A stretch of 64,000 bases of DNA, taken from assembly GCA_963817385.1 (NCBI GenBank), contig CAWFOM010000005.1, forward strand, positions 384,001 to 448,000, written 5' to 3'. Positions 62,853 to 64,000 of the stretch are shown one piece after another. Every line of letters starts with the position of its first letter. The stretch's first letter is position 1. The notes below the pieces were generated by a model that had not been told where the DNA came from, made no database searches, and saw nothing but the letters and a program-made list of their open reading frames with translations. The position numbers were made by a program, and so were the translations under genes. Origin of the DNA: an uncultured delta proteobacterium. GTDB taxonomy: Bacteria > Desulfobacterota > Syntrophia > Syntrophales > UBA5619.

Positions 62853-63449
62853 GTGCATCAAAGTTCCCTGGATAAGATGCTGGCATTCAGAAAGAAGTAT
62901 CTGGAGAGCAGGGAAAACGAGCCATTATTAATACTCGATCTGGGGAGCCTTGACGTAAACGGTTCTTACCGGGGGTGCTTTGAGGTTTCTTCCTGGACAT
63001 ACCGAGGGATTGATATGGCTGCCGGCAAGAATGTGGACATTGTTCTTCATGATCCCTATAACTGGCGGGAAATAAAATCAAATTCGGCCGATGTTGTGGT
63101 TTCAGGACAAGCGTTCGAACATGTCGAATTCTTCTGGCTGACCATGCTGGAAATAGCCAGAGTCTTAAAACCTGAGGGAATATGTTGTCTGATCGCTCCC
63201 TCAGGCGGTCCCGAACATCGTTATCCGGTCGACTGTTGGCGTTTTTATCCTGATGGATTCGCTGCGCTTGCCCGTTTCGCTGCTCTGGAAGTTTCAGAGG
63301 TTTATTCACAAAGCGGAACGACCGGTTACTCTGATGGAAGTGACATGTGGCAGGATACCGTTTTAGTGTGCCGGAAACCCGCTTCATCAAAATTATCTTT
63401 GTGGAAAAAGGATTTCCGACATTACCTGCTGCATAGGTTATTGAGGTAA
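62853..63449 (+). CDS. Class I SAM-dependent methyltransferase
   Basis: GTG start after GGAGG; ILDLGSLDVNGSY, SGQAFEH, HRYPVDCWRF. Confidence 0.88.
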   Translation: MHQSSLDKMLAFRKKYLESRENEPLLILDLGSLDVNGSYRGCFEVSSWTYRGIDMAAGKNVDIVLHDPYNWREIKSNSADVVVSGQAFEHVEFFWLTMLEIARVLKPEGICCLIAPSGGPEHRYPVDCWRFYPDGFAALARFAALEVSEVYSQSGTTGYSDGSDMWQDTVLVCRKPASSKLSLWKKDFRHYLLHRLLR

Positions 63450-63498
63450 CATATGAGAAAGGCTCGGCCCCTGTATTTTCAATCGGGAGCATGATTTG

Positions 63499-64000
63499 AT
63501 GTACGGACCCTTCAATCTGCTGGATTACGACATTGCCTTTCGTAGGCCGCGGAGACTCACGGATGTGGACGGTTGGCATCTGCATATTCCTTTTGCGTTC
63601 GTGATTACGGCAATGCTCCAGCCTCAAGAAATTTGTCGAGTTGGGAACCCATAAAGGGGATTCCTATTGCGCATTCTGCCAGGCCGTGGGTGAGTTTTCC
63701 TTGAATACGGTCTGTTATGCCGTGGATAGTTGGCAGGGTGATGAACAGACCGGCTTTTACGGCGCGGAGGTGTTGGAAGAGTTACGAGCTTATCATGATG
63801 CTTCATATGGCGGTTTTTCAAGCCTGATGAAATGCTTTTTCGATGATGCCCTGGATTATTTTTCTGAGGGCTCCATTGACCTCCTCCATATTGATGGCCG
63901 CCATATCTATAATTCCGTTAGGCATGATTTTGAATCATGGTTGCCCAAGATGAGCCGGCGAGGGATCATGCTGTTTCATGATACCAATGTCCGCGAACGA
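63499..64000 (+). CDS. Methyltransferase_24-like protein (+1 frameshift near 63625; 3' truncated)
   Basis: [51 protein letters not shown]. Confidence 0.88.

Noticed and set aside
1..64000. tRNA, rRNA, riboswitch, JUMPStart/ops elements
   Set aside because: None recognised by eye; a covariance-model scan would be needed to exclude them.

Overview
Bacterial cell-surface locus, almost entirely + strand; gene style suggests a deltaproteobacterium/Desulfobacterota, which is inference only. It has four parts. (1) 1-3.65 kb: end of a type II secretion operon (GspM-like, GspC-like, lipidated secretin GspD). (2) 3.75-4.6 kb: a repeat-bounded MNT-HEPN cassette. (3) 4.6-45 kb: a mosaic glycan cluster with a Wzx/Wzy/Wzz route, a Wzm/Wzt route with a tri-domain GT4 polymerase, an O-antigen-ligase-like protein, RMD, WbpB-WbpD, FnlABC, CapD/PglF, a stand-alone TPP E1 alpha/beta pair, many methyltransferases and a GT2+DUF2304 pair. 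(4) 45-64 kb: an uncharacterised block encoding a substrate-binding protein, His kinase, sigma-54 activator, TonB receptor with an in-frame TAG, double-CAP protein, a strongly promoted Cys-rich S-layer-like protein, a GP42-type transglutaminase-like protein sharing a C-terminal module with it, a secreted CxxU selenoprotein with SECIS on a metal-ligand-dead UshA fold, a TMTC-like GT-C/TPR protein, a second Wzm/Wzt pair and methyltransferases. Best candidate novel system: a T2SS-exported, glycosylated, possibly cross-linked protein surface layer with its own redox factor and regulation. About 15 genes are split by frameshifts, nearly all +1 insertions, most likely long-read errors. All family calls come from motif recognition by eye; no database searches were run.
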